Virus record (IMG/VR): IMGVR_UViG_2634166429_000001
Span: 1-64,000 of that record
Direction: 5' to 3' (one strand)
Source of the DNA: a virus
Taxonomy: Duplodnaviria; Caudoviricetes
Length of the DNA: 64,000 bases
Below are positions 8,401 through 18,599 of the stretch, piece after piece. The translations under genes and the position numbers were made by a program. The notes beneath the pieces were generated by a model. That model saw only the letters and a list, made by a program, of their open reading frames with translations. It had not been told where the DNA came from and made no database searches. Numbering within the stretch: the stretch's first letter is position 1; the number at the start of each line of letters is the position of its first letter.

Positions 8401-10735
8401 GTCCATGGCCGCCGGCATCGACAAGGCCAACGGCTTCGGGAAATCCCTGATCAACGCCAACGGCACTCTGAACACGACCACCAAGAACGGCCAGCAGCTG
8501 TTCAACACGTTCAACACGATGGCCGACGGGGCGTCCAACGCCGCGGTAGCCGCCTACGACCTGGCCCAGTCCCAGGGCAAGGGACTGCCCGACTCCCTGG
8601 CGGCCGCCCGACGCGAGATGCAGACCTCCCGCGACGCCGCGGTGAAACTCGCGCAGGGCTACGGCCTGACCGAGACGCAGGCCGGCGCAGTCGCTGACTC
8701 CCTCGGCCTGATCCCCGGCCAGGTATCCATCCTGCTGTCCACCGAGGGAGTCGACTCCACCCTCGCCGAGCTGCTCGCCGTACAGGCGGAATTCGAGCAG
8801 TTCCCGAACCAGAAGACCATCAAGGTCGACGCGCTCGGCGACCAGGCGAAGCAGGAGCTCGAAGACCTCGGCTACCAGATCCAGCTAATCCCCGGCACCC
8901 GCGAATACAAGATCACTGCGCCGACACAGGCAGCACGTTCCCAACTGGACCTGCTGATCGGCGCCCTGTCCAAGGTCCCCGACGGCAAGGACGTCAAGGT
9001 CGACGTCGACAAAGCCGTAGCCGTTGAGGGCCTCAACGAGGTCATCGCCAAAATAAAGGCGACGCCGAAGGGCAAGTCCGTCACGGTCAAGACCCTCAAT
9101 GCGACCGCCATCACGGCCCTTGAAGCGGTCGGCTTCAAGACCAGGACTCTGCCCGACGGACGCGTCGTCGTCACCGCAGCAACCGGCACCGCCATCAGCA
9201 ACATCGGAGCCGTCCAGGCAGCCCGCAACGGCCTGTCCGACAAATCCATCACGATCACTGTCACCAAGCGGACCATCCTCGAAACGATCGGATCCCAGCC
9301 CGCCTCCGACGCCGCGTCCGCCATCCAGAAGCAGGCCGACAACCTTCGCAAGGCAGACGGCGGCACCGTCGACTTCTACGCCGGCGGAGGCGTCCGCCGC
9401 GCCACCGGCACACCTGGCGACCGGCCCAACCAGCACACGGCACAGCTTGCCCCTGCCGGCTCCTATCGCGTGTGGGGAGAGCGGGAGACAGAGGGCGAGG
9501 GCTACGTACCTTTCCGGCGGTCCGCACGCGGCAGGTCCCGGTCCATCACCGAAGAGATCGTCCGCCGCCTTGGCGGGAACCCGGCGGGCATCCAGTGGAA
9601 CGCCGACGGCAACGTCACCGACTGGCGCTACGACCCCAACACCGGCTCCCTGTACTCCGCGTCCGATGCCGGATCGGCCGGCCACAAAACGAAGAAGGTG
9701 AAGGTCAAGGGCAAGGTCAAGGAGATCGACTACTTCGACCTGGGCGCGGTCGAGAAGAAGCTCAAGTCGATCTCTGCGGCGACCACCACCTGGAACAAGG
9801 ACCTCGCCAAGGTCGCCGACCGGGCAGGCGGCGACGTCGCCGAAGCCCTTGCCTCGATGGGCGAAGAGGGCAAACAGCTCGCCCACAAGATGGCCACCGG
9901 CTCGACCGCCTACATCAACCAGATGTCGGCCGCCCTGCGCAACCTCCAGGCCACCGCCAAAGCCTCCCTCACCGACTACACCCGCCAGCTCACCAAGGCC
10001 AACACGCTCAACAAGGCGTTCTCCGACAACCTCGCCACCCTCGCCGCGCAGGGCTTCGGAGACCTGGCCGGACAGCTCGCTGAACAGAACGACGCAGCCG
10101 CCCAGCAGCTCGCCGCAGCAGCCGTCAAAGACAAGTCGAAGGCGACCTCGGCGAACAAGCAGGCCAAGACCGCGAACGCGGCACTCACCGCCGACCAGGT
10201 CACCGAACTCGTCCAGATCATCGCCGCCATCAGCACCTCCAAGACCGGCATCCACGACGTCGCCGGGAAGACCGGCCTGGGCGAAGACGAGATCATCACC
10301 GTTGCCACCAAGGCCAAAGCCCAGATCAGCAAGTCCCTGGGCACGCGCGCGGCGAAGTTCCTCACCGACCTGGGCCGCGCCGGGCAGGGCCTGTCCTACG
10401 CCAACGGCGGCATCCGCGCCGGCATGTACGCCACCCAGGGTGGCATCATCCGCTTCGCCGAACCCGAGACCCACGGCGAGGCCCTGATCCCCCTCGGCCC
10501 GAACAAGCGACGGGCCGCGCTGCCGGTCCTCGCTGACGTCGCCCGTCGCTTCGGCGTGGGGATGACCGACGCGTCCGCATCCCGGCCGGTCGTCATCGTC
10601 CAAGGCGGCGGCGACACCCACGTCAGCGTGACCGCGGTCCGCACCGGCGCCACCGCATCAGACATCGGGGCGCAGGTCGGACGGTCCGTCCGCCGTACCC
10701 GCAGGGGAGGGGTGGCAGCCCGTGCCGGATACTGA
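5462..10735 (+). CDS. Tape measure protein
   Basis: 1757 aa Ala-rich; TP901-type core ('AAEAMVELAKAG','AGTTLR','LGGPWG'). Confidence 0.95.
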   Translation: MANWNLSVDIRGHGNDLAQSLKSSAKHARTLGTAARTAKTEVRELGAAANAAGRHIRTLGSDARTAARRLNSLGSDARTAARRLGQYGDAAQRAQRHVNALGDDSRTAGRQLARMSGQIDTAVRDLLRLADAARRADSRLNHVGGGVNGIRRYADETGRARREMAHLATLLTGGAFVMGGAELLKMGGEYQQAMNTFGAVTGATQMQMQRASATADQLGNDLSLPAATASDAAEAMVELAKAGFRTDQAISASRASLVLASAAQVNAADSAKYLGDMMDQFGMGADQASVAADTLAATANAASGDIIDIYYAMKYAGPVAHGLGVNMQETAAAVGMLGKAGILGQTAGTTLRGMMANLASPTKQMTQGLEAMGIQAWDAQGNFKGLRYVIDGLSKAQHRMTQKDFAAAVKKSMGKPAMSGAIALAHQGVDSFDALMAAVSETGAASDIAAAKGKGLAGAMLQLKTQAKQTGLTIYNGMAPGLEFLVRGITGGLSKATPAIKDFFDYLNDAATLFGPDLAAAAREEFSGIADAAHDMMDPFKDLGGDAIASGLHLLLSAGQLAIQVLKNLAQAAEPVVEALSGLAGEGGTVASTLDMVVSVLDLAANAAGSLSGVLVPIGHVVGTLVNAFAGLPGPIQQFVLAAMLTSRIQPRMASLATTVSGRVTTAFGSLNAQMAVQRSLAAAAGMSLSRYGAAMAVLQTRVPVIGRMGESFRTAAAAGTGFTGTLRGIGAASLTATRALGGGLVGALGGPWGLAITAATVGLGFLATSQQKAAAAAAEHQQQISSLSAALRESNGVVDESVRAIATENLMQTKVKTTLDGQQRLVDLARKAKVPMSALVDAYTDQGNSLSKLQKELKATAEAQKTTVMDPETGQSSTAFTVQGQAAEDLRGTLSGLSGDFQKAAADAKSYNEGVNGTGDGVSAYGRLKDAVAALADKTGDADSRTRALREALDLLSGGSVSLQAAQARVNEAISNANESMAAGIDKANGFGKSLINANGTLNTTTKNGQQLFNTFNTMADGASNAAVAAYDLAQSQGKGLPDSLAAARREMQTSRDAAVKLAQGYGLTETQAGAVADSLGLIPGQVSILLSTEGVDSTLAELLAVQAEFEQFPNQKTIKVDALGDQAKQELEDLGYQIQLIPGTREYKITAPTQAARSQLDLLIGALSKVPDGKDVKVDVDKAVAVEGLNEVIAKIKATPKGKSVTVKTLNATAITALEAVGFKTRTLPDGRVVVTAATGTAISNIGAVQAARNGLSDKSITITVTKRTILETIGSQPASDAASAIQKQADNLRKADGGTVDFYAGGGVRRATGTPGDRPNQHTAQLAPAGSYRVWGERETEGEGYVPFRRSARGRSRSITEEIVRRLGGNPAGIQWNADGNVTDWRYDPNTGSLYSASDAGSAGHKTKKVKVKGKVKEIDYFDLGAVEKKLKSISAATTTWNKDLAKVADRAGGDVAEALASMGEEGKQLAHKMATGSTAYINQMSAALRNLQATAKASLTDYTRQLTKANTLNKAFSDNLATLAAQGFGDLAGQLAEQNDAAAQQLAAAAVKDKSKATSANKQAKTANAALTADQVTELVQIIAAISTSKTGIHDVAGKTGLGEDEIITVATKAKAQISKSLGTRAAKFLTDLGRAGQGLSYANGGIRAGMYATQGGIIRFAEPETHGEALIPLGPNKRRAALPVLADVARRFGVGMTDASASRPVVIVQGGGDTHVSVTAVRTGATASDIGAQVGRSVRRTRRGGVAARAGY

Positions 10736-11624
10736 ACTCGCAGACTGGCAGTACGACCTCGGGGGCGTACTGATCGGCGCCGGGACCACGGTCAACGTCA
10801 TCGAGACCACCGGACTGGGACGGCCCCCGGTCCGGGACGCCGACGTCGACCAGCCGTCCATGGACGGCATGTTCGCCGGCCCGGACTTCTGGGCCGCCCG
10901 GCAGGTCCAGATCGACGCCGCGATCAAGGCGCCCGGGGAGCCGGACGCCTGCCACGACATGATCGCCGCCCTCCAGGCAGCCTCCGACACGGCGGCAGTC
11001 CGTCTGGTCGGAGGGCAGGGGATGACGTTCCGGCTGAAGCGACCCGGTCGCCCGGTGAAGCGCCTCACGGGCCGTCTGCGGAAGCTGGACCCGGAGTACG
11101 GGCAGGTCATCCACGGCTACGTGCCCTTGGACATCGAGTTCGTCGCCCACGACCCCGTCTTCTACGCCGACGCCGAGACCACGACCGAACTCCCGCTGGG
11201 CTGGCTCACCGGCGGCGGATTCGCAGCGCCGATCATCGCACCGATCGTCGTGCAGGACGGCACCGTCGCCGCCGACCGGCCCGGCTGGGTCACCAACAGC
11301 GGTGATGCCGAAGCCTGGCCCGTCATCCGCATCACCGGTCCATGCTCCAACGTCACCATCACCCACGCCGCGACCGGCCGCACCCTCGCCCTGCCCACCC
11401 TCACTCTGGCCGCCGGACGGTGGGTTGAGATCGACACCCGGCCCGGCTACCGCACCGTCACCTGGGACAACGGCGGCAACGCCTCCACCGTCCTGTCCCC
11501 AGCCTCCCGCCTCGACCTCTTCTCCCTGCCACCCGGACAGTCCGAGATGCGCTGGACCGCCTTCGACGCCACCAACACCGCCCGCCTCCGCCTGACCTGG
11601 CGCGACGCATACATAGCCCTGTGA
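10722..11624 (+). CDS. Distal tail protein (Dit)
   Basis: Directly after tape measure; 'FVAHDPVFY','NSGDAEAWPVIRITGP'. Confidence 0.85.
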   Translation: MPDTELADWQYDLGGVLIGAGTTVNVIETTGLGRPPVRDADVDQPSMDGMFAGPDFWAARQVQIDAAIKAPGEPDACHDMIAALQAASDTAAVRLVGGQGMTFRLKRPGRPVKRLTGRLRKLDPEYGQVIHGYVPLDIEFVAHDPVFYADAETTTELPLGWLTGGGFAAPIIAPIVVQDGTVAADRPGWVTNSGDAEAWPVIRITGPCSNVTITHAATGRTLALPTLTLAAGRWVEIDTRPGYRTVTWDNGGNASTVLSPASRLDLFSLPPGQSEMRWTAFDATNTARLRLTWRDAYIAL

Positions 11625-11631
11625 GGACACC

Positions 11632-12570
11632 GTGACCCTCTACCAAGTGCCGATCCTCACCAACGGCGCCACCCACTCAGCAGAACAGTTCCGCGCCATG
11701 GTCCAAGACCTCGCCCGCGGCAGCGAAGGCATCACCGCCGGAACCGACCTGAAGGTCACCCAGCTCGGCACCCCGGGCGGGGGAGTACAGATCGCTGAGG
11801 GATCGGCTGTCATCCGCGGCCGCGTGAGCGCTTTCCAGGGCACCTACACCTCCCGCAACCAGGGTGCGGCCACCGTCAGCATTGCCTCCCAGGGCGCGGG
11901 GTCCGGGCGCTCCGACATGGTCATCCTGCGCGTCGAAGACCCGCAGTACGAGGGAACCCTGGACCCGGTCACCCAGCCGATCAACTACTTCCAGGTCCTC
12001 TCCAACGTCTCATCCAGCGCCACCACCATCCCGGGCGGCCTGACCGGAATCCCCCTGGCGCGCATCGACATCCCTGCGTCCACGTCGACCATCACCAACG
12101 CCATGGTCGTCGACTTGCGACAGATCGCGAACCCGCGCCGGCAGTCCCTCCAGTACGTCCACTCGCCGACCGGCACGTCCACCGCCATCAACAACTCCAA
12201 CGGCACGTACGCGTACTTCTCCACCGAGGCCGGCTGGTCCGTGCCCATCCCGTCCTGGGCGTCGCAGGCCATCGTCTCCATCGACCTTGCCCAAATCCGG
12301 TACACCACCGCCGCGTTCATCGGCAGCCTGCGCGCCACGTTCGGCGCCTCCCTCACGCTCCAGGCTGTGATCCTCGACGACAACCAGACCGCCATCCGCA
12401 GGGCCACCACCTTCGTCGCCGACACCCTGACCATCCCGGACGCCTACCGAGGCACCAGCCAGCTCCTGCGCCCCCAGGCCACCGGAACCACCGGCAACAC
12501 AGGCGTCGTGTCCGTCGACGCGTCCACCACGCTGCGGTACAACGTCGAATTCATCGAGGCGCCGCGGTGA
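11632..12570 (+). CDS. Minor tail protein
   Basis: Position; 'RSDMVILRVEDPQY','IPLARIDIPA' typical of actinophage minor tail proteins. Confidence 0.75.
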   Translation: MTLYQVPILTNGATHSAEQFRAMVQDLARGSEGITAGTDLKVTQLGTPGGGVQIAEGSAVIRGRVSAFQGTYTSRNQGAATVSIASQGAGSGRSDMVILRVEDPQYEGTLDPVTQPINYFQVLSNVSSSATTIPGGLTGIPLARIDIPASTSTITNAMVVDLRQIANPRRQSLQYVHSPTGTSTAINNSNGTYAYFSTEAGWSVPIPSWASQAIVSIDLAQIRYTTAAFIGSLRATFGASLTLQAVILDDNQTAIRRATTFVADTLTIPDAYRGTSQLLRPQATGTTGNTGVVSVDASTTLRYNVEFIEAPR

Positions 12571-13676
12571 CCGTCACCCCACCCGTACGGGTCCTCACCC
12601 AGCACGCCCTCACCGGGGAGTGGCTGTCTACCGCCCTCCCCGTTGTAGACCTGGAGTACGGGCCCGAGCTGTCCGGCCCGGGCAGTCTGTCCGGGAAGCT
12701 GTCGCCGCGGCTGGTGTCGTCCAACCCGACCCTCGCCGACCCCGGGACGACCTGCATCTACGTGGAGTCCTCCGACGGCGAAATCCAGTGGGGCGGCCTC
12801 ATCTGGGACGTCCGCGCCCAGGGCAACAACTACGCCTTCGAAGCCGCGTCCTGGTCGTCGTACCTGCAAAAGCGGTTCGACCTCGACGGCCAGCACGGCG
12901 GCCGCGGACCCTACGTCAACGCCGACCGCTGCGACGTCATCCGCAACGCCTGGGAGTACGCCCAGTCCATCCCCGACGGTGACCTGGGCGTCGTCGTCGA
13001 CGACACCGTCTCCACGTCGAAGATCGGCACCCCGGCAGAGCCGTACAACTCGTTCTGGTACGACGTGAAATGCCTCGGCGACCAGGTCGACGAGATGGTC
13101 ACCGACCAGGCCACCCCCGAGTACACGTGCACCACCACCTGGAACGCCGACAAGACCGACGTCGTCAAGCGCATCCGGCTGGGCTGGCCGCGCCTCGGAC
13201 GCCGCCGCAACGACATCCAGTTCGCCTCCGGCGTCAACATCATCGAAGACCCCGAGAAAGTCATCGCCGGAGACGACTACGCCCAGGTCGTCATCGGTAC
13301 CGGCGCCGGAGACGGCAGCGCCAAGATCCGGCAGATCTCCGCCGTCCGCAACGGCCGCCTCCGCCTCGAGGCCGCCGCCAGCTTCCCCGAGCTGAACGGA
13401 ACCGACACCGTCGGCCAACGAACCGACTGGGAACGCGCCTGGCGCCAGACCATGGGCGCCGTCGGCCAGGTCACCATCCGCAACACCGACACCGCCCCCT
13501 TCGGGTCCTGGCAGGTCGGAGACGACGTCTACACCCGCATCTACAACGCGTGGACCGAGTACACCGGCTGGTGCCGCGTCACCGGCTGGACCATGAAACC
13601 CGCCGCCACGGGCGGCCCCCAGGCCGTCATCGATCTGAAACCTTCCGCCATGTACCAGTACGGAGGCGTCGCCTGA
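12567..13676 (+). CDS. Minor tail / baseplate hub protein
   Basis: Position; 'LSGPGSLSG','WGGLIW'. Confidence 0.75.
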   Translation: MTVTPPVRVLTQHALTGEWLSTALPVVDLEYGPELSGPGSLSGKLSPRLVSSNPTLADPGTTCIYVESSDGEIQWGGLIWDVRAQGNNYAFEAASWSSYLQKRFDLDGQHGGRGPYVNADRCDVIRNAWEYAQSIPDGDLGVVVDDTVSTSKIGTPAEPYNSFWYDVKCLGDQVDEMVTDQATPEYTCTTTWNADKTDVVKRIRLGWPRLGRRRNDIQFASGVNIIEDPEKVIAGDDYAQVVIGTGAGDGSAKIRQISAVRNGRLRLEAAASFPELNGTDTVGQRTDWERAWRQTMGAVGQVTIRNTDTAPFGSWQVGDDVYTRIYNAWTEYTGWCRVTGWTMKPAATGGPQAVIDLKPSAMYQYGGVA

Positions 13677-15523
13677 TGGACATCGGACGCAAGCTCGCCG
13701 AGATGGAGGCCCGCCTCAACCGCATCGAGCGGTCCTCACGCCTCTCTCACGCCGCCCTCGACAACACGGCCATCACCGTCAAGGACAGCCTGGGAACAGT
13801 CCGGGGCGCGATCGGCATGCAGCCCGACGGCACCATCGGCCTCATCGCCGTCGACGGCCCGCCGCCCGGCGCCCCCACCACCCCGGTCGTCACCCCGTCC
13901 ATCGGCGGCCTGCGCATCGTCTGGGACGGCACTCTCGCCGACGGGACTGCCCTGCCGGCCGACTTTGACCACGTCGCCGTCCACGTCTCCACCAGCCCTG
14001 GCTTCACCCCCTCTGCCGCCACATTCGTCGGCACCATCACCCGCTCCGGCACCGGCGGCATGCTCCCCGTCACCCCCCTGCCGTACGTCGCGCACTACGT
14101 CGTCCTCCTCGCCGTGAACTCCTCCGGCATCGCAGGCCCGCCTTCTGCCGAGACCGCGGCCACCCCGGTCCAGGTCGAAGGGCCCGACCTCACCGTGGGG
14201 TCCGTCACCGCGGCCGCCATCGAAGCCGGGGCCATCACCGCCGAAAAGCTGGAGGCCATCCTCCAGCTCGTCACCCGCATCGTCGCCGGGAACCCGGCGG
14301 GGGCCCGGGTCGAACTCAACGAGGACGGCCTGCGGGTCTACGACGGATCCGGCGTCCTCGTCATCCAGTTCAACTCCGCCGACGGCTCAGCCGTGTTCAC
14401 TGGCGACATCACCGGATCCGACATCACCGGCAGCACCATCACGGGAACCACCGTCACCGGTGGCCTGCTCCGTACAGCCACCAGCGGCGAACGCATCACG
14501 ATCAACGAGAGCAACGCCAACAAGATCTTCATCTATGACTCAACCGGATCGATCGTCACCTCCGTCACCCCCACCGGGATCAGCCTGGCAGGGCCCGCCG
14601 GCAACGTCATGGCCATCAGCCCGGCCACCACCATCCCCTCCCTGCGCTGGTTCAACTCAGCCCAGACCAAATCCGCACGAACCCAGGCCAGTGAAGACGG
14701 CAGCGGAAACGTCTCCCTCGAGTCGGTCACCAGCAAGTTCGCCGACGGCGGCCCCTACAGCGACCTGATCTGGCACCACTACATGGGCAAGGACCAGGCG
14801 TTCATCGAGCGCATGCGCGACGACGGCACCTTCACCACCTACATCGGCGGCTCCCTCTCCCTCGCGCCCGGGTATGCCCGGCTGCAACTCAACAACACCG
14901 ACAGCCCAACACTGGGAAGCAAGATGTCGATGGAACCCGCCCTCGGCTACGTCGACAACGCCCGCTTCCAGGTCCTCGCCCCCGCGTCATCAAACTCCGC
15001 GTTTTACGTGCAAGGCGTCACCGCGCACACCGGCTACCTGCTGCGCGCCTACCGCGACGCGGACATGTTCCTCGTCGACAAGGACGGCAACACCACCATC
15101 GCCGGCGGCCTGGCGGTCGCCACCACCACGTGGACGTCCTGGACCCCGGCCATTACCAACGGCGGATCCGCCACATACGCCATCCGGGACGGCTGGTACT
15201 ACAAGATCGGCAAGCTGGTCTACATCGAGGCCTACATCACCCTGTCCGCGCTCGGAACCGGCACCACCGGCATCACCATCAGCCTCCCTTCCACCCCCTA
15301 CCGCGGGTCCGCGAACCGACGCCAGTACATCGGCGTCTACCTCGGCGGTATCGCCGCCGGCACCAACTCATCCGTGGGCGGCCACGGCGTCTGCCTCATC
15401 CAGCCCGGCGGCTCCGGTGCCCTCCTGGATCAGGTTCGCGGCCCGACGGACATCCAAGTCCGGGGCGAGAACCTGTCCGCGACCGCGACGATGACCATCA
15501 ACGGCTGGTACCGGGAAGCCTGA
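13676..15523 (+). CDS. Tail fibre / receptor-binding minor tail protein
   Basis: TGATG overlap start MDIGRKL; FN3-like segment, 'ITGSDITGSTITG' repeats, C-terminal 'GWYYKIGKLVYI'. Confidence 0.8.
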   Translation: MDIGRKLAEMEARLNRIERSSRLSHAALDNTAITVKDSLGTVRGAIGMQPDGTIGLIAVDGPPPGAPTTPVVTPSIGGLRIVWDGTLADGTALPADFDHVAVHVSTSPGFTPSAATFVGTITRSGTGGMLPVTPLPYVAHYVVLLAVNSSGIAGPPSAETAATPVQVEGPDLTVGSVTAAAIEAGAITAEKLEAILQLVTRIVAGNPAGARVELNEDGLRVYDGSGVLVIQFNSADGSAVFTGDITGSDITGSTITGTTVTGGLLRTATSGERITINESNANKIFIYDSTGSIVTSVTPTGISLAGPAGNVMAISPATTIPSLRWFNSAQTKSARTQASEDGSGNVSLESVTSKFADGGPYSDLIWHHYMGKDQAFIERMRDDGTFTTYIGGSLSLAPGYARLQLNNTDSPTLGSKMSMEPALGYVDNARFQVLAPASSNSAFYVQGVTAHTGYLLRAYRDADMFLVDKDGNTTIAGGLAVATTTWTSWTPAITNGGSATYAIRDGWYYKIGKLVYIEAYITLSALGTGTTGITISLPSTPYRGSANRRQYIGVYLGGIAAGTNSSVGGHGVCLIQPGGSGALLDQVRGPTDIQVRGENLSATATMTINGWYREA

Positions 15524-15538
15524 CCAGGTGCCTGGCCA

Positions 15539-15573
15539 GCAGGGGCAACACGGGCTTCGTACGCCCGTACCCT
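15539..15573 (+). promoter_or_regulatory. Phage promoter motif A copy 1: GCAGGGGCAACACG-N15-TACCCT
   Basis: Identical 14-mer in four intergenic regions, each followed 15 nt later by NANNNT. Confidence 0.7.
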
Positions 15574-15684
15574 GATCAGCAGGGCGACCCTCCGCCCTGC
15601 ACCACCCCCGAGGGACGGCCGCACCACAGCGGCCCGCAACGTTTCAGACGGCTCTGGGCGCGGGGAGTGCAGGAGTCCGGGCGA

Positions 15685-16509
15685 GTGCCCGATCTCGACA
15701 TCACACGGTATGACGTGACCGGCCCATTCGGCCGGCACCTCGTGCTGGACCCGCGCAGCCTCGCCTACCGGCCGCGGCCCGCCGGGCGACGCCTGCACCC
15801 CACCGAGTGGGCACCCAAGATCCCAGTCCTCAACCAGCAGAACCTGCTGTCCCAGGGAATCCACACCAGCCGCCGGTACATCGGCGTCGACGACGTGGAC
15901 GCCCTCGGCTCCTGCACCGGCAACGCGGCCACCGCAGCCGTATCGATCCTCCACGACGCCGACACGCTCGAGGCCGCCGACCTCGTCACCACCGACCCGG
16001 CACTGGCCGAATCGTGGGCGATCGGCCTGTACGCCGAAGCCACCCGCCAAGACCAGTGGCACGACCAGACCTGGCCGGCCGTGGACTGCGGATCCTCCGG
16101 CCTCGGCGTCGCCAAGGCACTCAAGGCGCGCGGCCTGATCGACTCCTACCGGCACGCCACCACCGCAGAGGAGCTCTGCACCCTCCTCCAGACCGGTCCG
16201 GTGCTGATGGGGATGCCGTGGCACGAGGACTTCTTCGACCCGCCCGGCCGTACCGCGCTCCTGGACGACCTCCCCAACTGGCAGAACTCTCCCGTCGCCG
16301 GCGGCCACGAAGTCTGCATCACCGCCCTTGAGCACCTCACCTACACCGCGGACGGCGGGCTCGACTACGCCCACACCATCCTGCGGGTCGTCAATTCCTG
16401 GTCAGCGGCCTGGGGCGACCACGGCTTCTTCCGCCTCTCCCTCGCCGCATACCGCGAGCTTCGCAACCAGATCGACCTCATCCAACCCCGCCTCACCAGC
16501 AACCGCTGA
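15685..16509 (+). CDS. Papain-like (C1 family) cysteine peptidase
   Basis: GSCTGNA (Cys), GGHEV (His), NSW (Asn) motifs; AGGAG RBS before GTG 15685. Confidence 0.8.
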   Translation: MPDLDITRYDVTGPFGRHLVLDPRSLAYRPRPAGRRLHPTEWAPKIPVLNQQNLLSQGIHTSRRYIGVDDVDALGSCTGNAATAAVSILHDADTLEAADLVTTDPALAESWAIGLYAEATRQDQWHDQTWPAVDCGSSGLGVAKALKARGLIDSYRHATTAEELCTLLQTGPVLMGMPWHEDFFDPPGRTALLDDLPNWQNSPVAGGHEVCITALEHLTYTADGGLDYAHTILRVVNSWSAAWGDHGFFRLSLAAYRELRNQIDLIQPRLTSNR

Positions 16510-16535
16510 CCGGCGCCCCACGAAGGAGACCCACG

Positions 16536-17825
16536 ATGGGCGAGCCCCGACCCCTCGAGGACGACATAAGCCAGGAACGGCAAGCCGCCCTCCTGACCGC
16601 CACCGGCAACGGGCCCACCGTCCGCAACGAAGAGGAGCTCCTGGCCGACAAGTACGGCCCGGCCGACTCCCACGGCGTGTACGGACTCCCCGCCGACGAC
16701 GATGGCGACGAGGCCGTCGGCGACCCGCTGGACGACCAGCCGCGGCGGCTCGGTGGAAACACCGGCGGCCTCGAGAAGATGATCGCTGCCATGGAGACGT
16801 GGCTCGGACTGGGCGAGCCCAACGTCATCCAGGAGTGGTACCGCCAGCGCAACGGCAACGCGTACGCCGGGAACTTCGCCTGGTGCAACGCCACCATCAC
16901 CCGCGCCGCCTACGACTCCGACAACTACGCAGCCGTCTGCTTCGGAATGGACTGGGCGTACACCGTCGCCCACGCCGCCCGCTTCAACACGGACAAGCAG
17001 TGGACCGCGATGACCAACGGCATCCTGAAGTCCGGGATCCGCCGCGGCGACATCGTCTTCTTCGACTGGGACGGCACCTCCGAGATCGGCAAGATCGACC
17101 ACGTCGGCATCGTCACCAGCGTCTCCTCCGACGGCAAGTACGTGTACACGATCGAGGGCAACACGGCGAACGTGTGCGCCCGCCGCGTCCGCGTCGTCGC
17201 CGACATCGCAGGCTTCGGCCGCCCCAAGTACCCGACCACCGGTCCCGTTACCGCGGCCACCCCGGCCCGCTACAAGGTCACCGTCAACGGTCTCGAGTAC
17301 GGATACGGAGCCAAGGGAGACCACATCACCAAGGTCGGTCAGGCGCTGGTGAAGGCAGGATTCGGCAAGCACTACACCGAAGGCCCCGGATCGACCTGGT
17401 CCGACGCCGACACCCGCAACTTCAGCGACTTCCAGAAGTCCCTGGGCTACAAGGGCACCGCGGCTGGCCAGGACGCCGACGGCATCCCGGGATCGTCCAG
17501 CCTGAAGAATCTCCTCGGCACCCTGCCGGCCAAGCCCGCCCCGGCACCGGCACCGGCCAAGCCGCCCACGCCGGTCTACCAGCCGTACCCCGGCAAGGCC
17601 TTCTTCCACGCCGGCCGCTACTCGCCGATCATCACCGCCCTCGGCAGGCGCCTGGTTGCCCTCGGCTACGGCCGCCACTACTCCACCGGCCCTGGACCGA
17701 ACTGGACCAACGCCGACCGGTGGAACGTCCGCGACTTCCAACGCGCACAGGGCTGGACCGGCGACGACGCCGACGGCTACCCGGGCCCCGAGACGTGGAA
17801 GCGCCTCAAGGTTCCGAAGATCTGA
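16536..17825 (+). CDS. Endolysin: CHAP domain plus two peptidoglycan-binding domains
   Basis: 'AWCNA','GDIVFFDW','HVGIV','TIEGNT'; 'ADGIPG' and 'ADGYPGPETW' repeats. Confidence 0.9.
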   Translation: MGEPRPLEDDISQERQAALLTATGNGPTVRNEEELLADKYGPADSHGVYGLPADDDGDEAVGDPLDDQPRRLGGNTGGLEKMIAAMETWLGLGEPNVIQEWYRQRNGNAYAGNFAWCNATITRAAYDSDNYAAVCFGMDWAYTVAHAARFNTDKQWTAMTNGILKSGIRRGDIVFFDWDGTSEIGKIDHVGIVTSVSSDGKYVYTIEGNTANVCARRVRVVADIAGFGRPKYPTTGPVTAATPARYKVTVNGLEYGYGAKGDHITKVGQALVKAGFGKHYTEGPGSTWSDADTRNFSDFQKSLGYKGTAAGQDADGIPGSSSLKNLLGTLPAKPAPAPAPAKPPTPVYQPYPGKAFFHAGRYSPIITALGRRLVALGYGRHYSTGPGPNWTNADRWNVRDFQRAQGWTGDDADGYPGPETWKRLKVPKI

Positions 17826-17866
17826 CCACCCCCCCCTCCACCACCCATCCACAGAAGGAACCCGAC

Positions 17867-18187
17867 ATGCAGCCCACCCTCGACACCTCGTACTGGCTCG
17901 GATTGGCCGTTAGCTTCGTCCTGCCGGTACTGGTCGGCCTCGTCACCACCCGCGTCACCAACGCCGGTGCGAAGGCCGTCATCTTGCTGTTCCTCACCGC
18001 CCTCAACGGCTTCCTCGTCGAACTCGGAAACGCCGGCGACGACTACAGCTTCAGTTCCGCCGTGATCCTGTCTGCCGTCTCGTTCGTGATCTCCGTGGCC
18101 TCGCACTTCGGCCTGTGGAAGCCGTCCGGTGTCAGCGGCAAGGCCCAGGACGTCGGAGCCCGCAGCAACGTCAGAAGCGCGGCCTGA
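17867..18187 (+). CDS. Holin
   Basis: About 106 aa with three hydrophobic segments, 'HFGLWKP', after endolysin. Confidence 0.8.
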   Translation: MQPTLDTSYWLGLAVSFVLPVLVGLVTTRVTNAGAKAVILLFLTALNGFLVELGNAGDDYSFSSAVILSAVSFVISVASHFGLWKPSGVSGKAQDVGARSNVRSAA

Positions 18188-18263
18188 CCGTGACCGTCCG
18201 GCACGCCTGTTGCCGTCTGGCAGCGGCGCAGGCGTGCCCCACCACCGACGAGGAGCGGCACCG

Positions 18264-18599
18264 GTGAACGAGATCTCGGGCGTGACCCTGCTCATGCAGG
18301 GCGGGGCCTGGACCATCGTGACGTTCGTCGTGCTGCTCGTCTTCCGGGGCAACCTCGTTCCCCGCTCCGTCCTCGAGGACGTCCGCAAAGACCGCGACGC
18401 CCGCGTCGCCGAAGCACTCGCAGAGCGGGACACCTGGCGTAAAGCCCATCAGGAAAGCGAAGCCGCACGACTGGACGCGCAAGGACAGGCAGGTGAGCTG
18501 CTGGAACTCTCCCGCACCGCCTACACCGTCCTGCGCGCGATACGGGGGGAGGTGCCAGGGGATGCGATGGATTCGCCGGTTGCTGCACCGCCGTCCTGA
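18264..18599 (+). CDS. Membrane-anchored coiled-coil lysis-cassette protein
   Basis: N-terminal TM segment; GAGGAG RBS. Confidence 0.65.
   Translation: MNEISGVTLLMQGGAWTIVTFVVLLVFRGNLVPRSVLEDVRKDRDARVAEALAERDTWRKAHQESEAARLDAQGQAGELLELSRTAYTVLRAIRGEVPGDAMDSPVAAPPS

Noticed and set aside
5420-10621. Long antisense and alternate-frame ORFs over the tape measure gene, and similar ORFs throughout (e.g. 31089-33134 minus)
   Set aside because: Shadow ORFs expected from high GC and scarce stop codons; they lack RBSs and recognisable motifs.
13070-13675. N-terminal Arg/Pro-rich extensions of track ORFs such as 13070, 15130, 16328, 18731, 24516 and 36535
   Set aside because: They overlap real upstream genes or regulatory DNA; downstream starts with RBS or stop-start coupling fit better.
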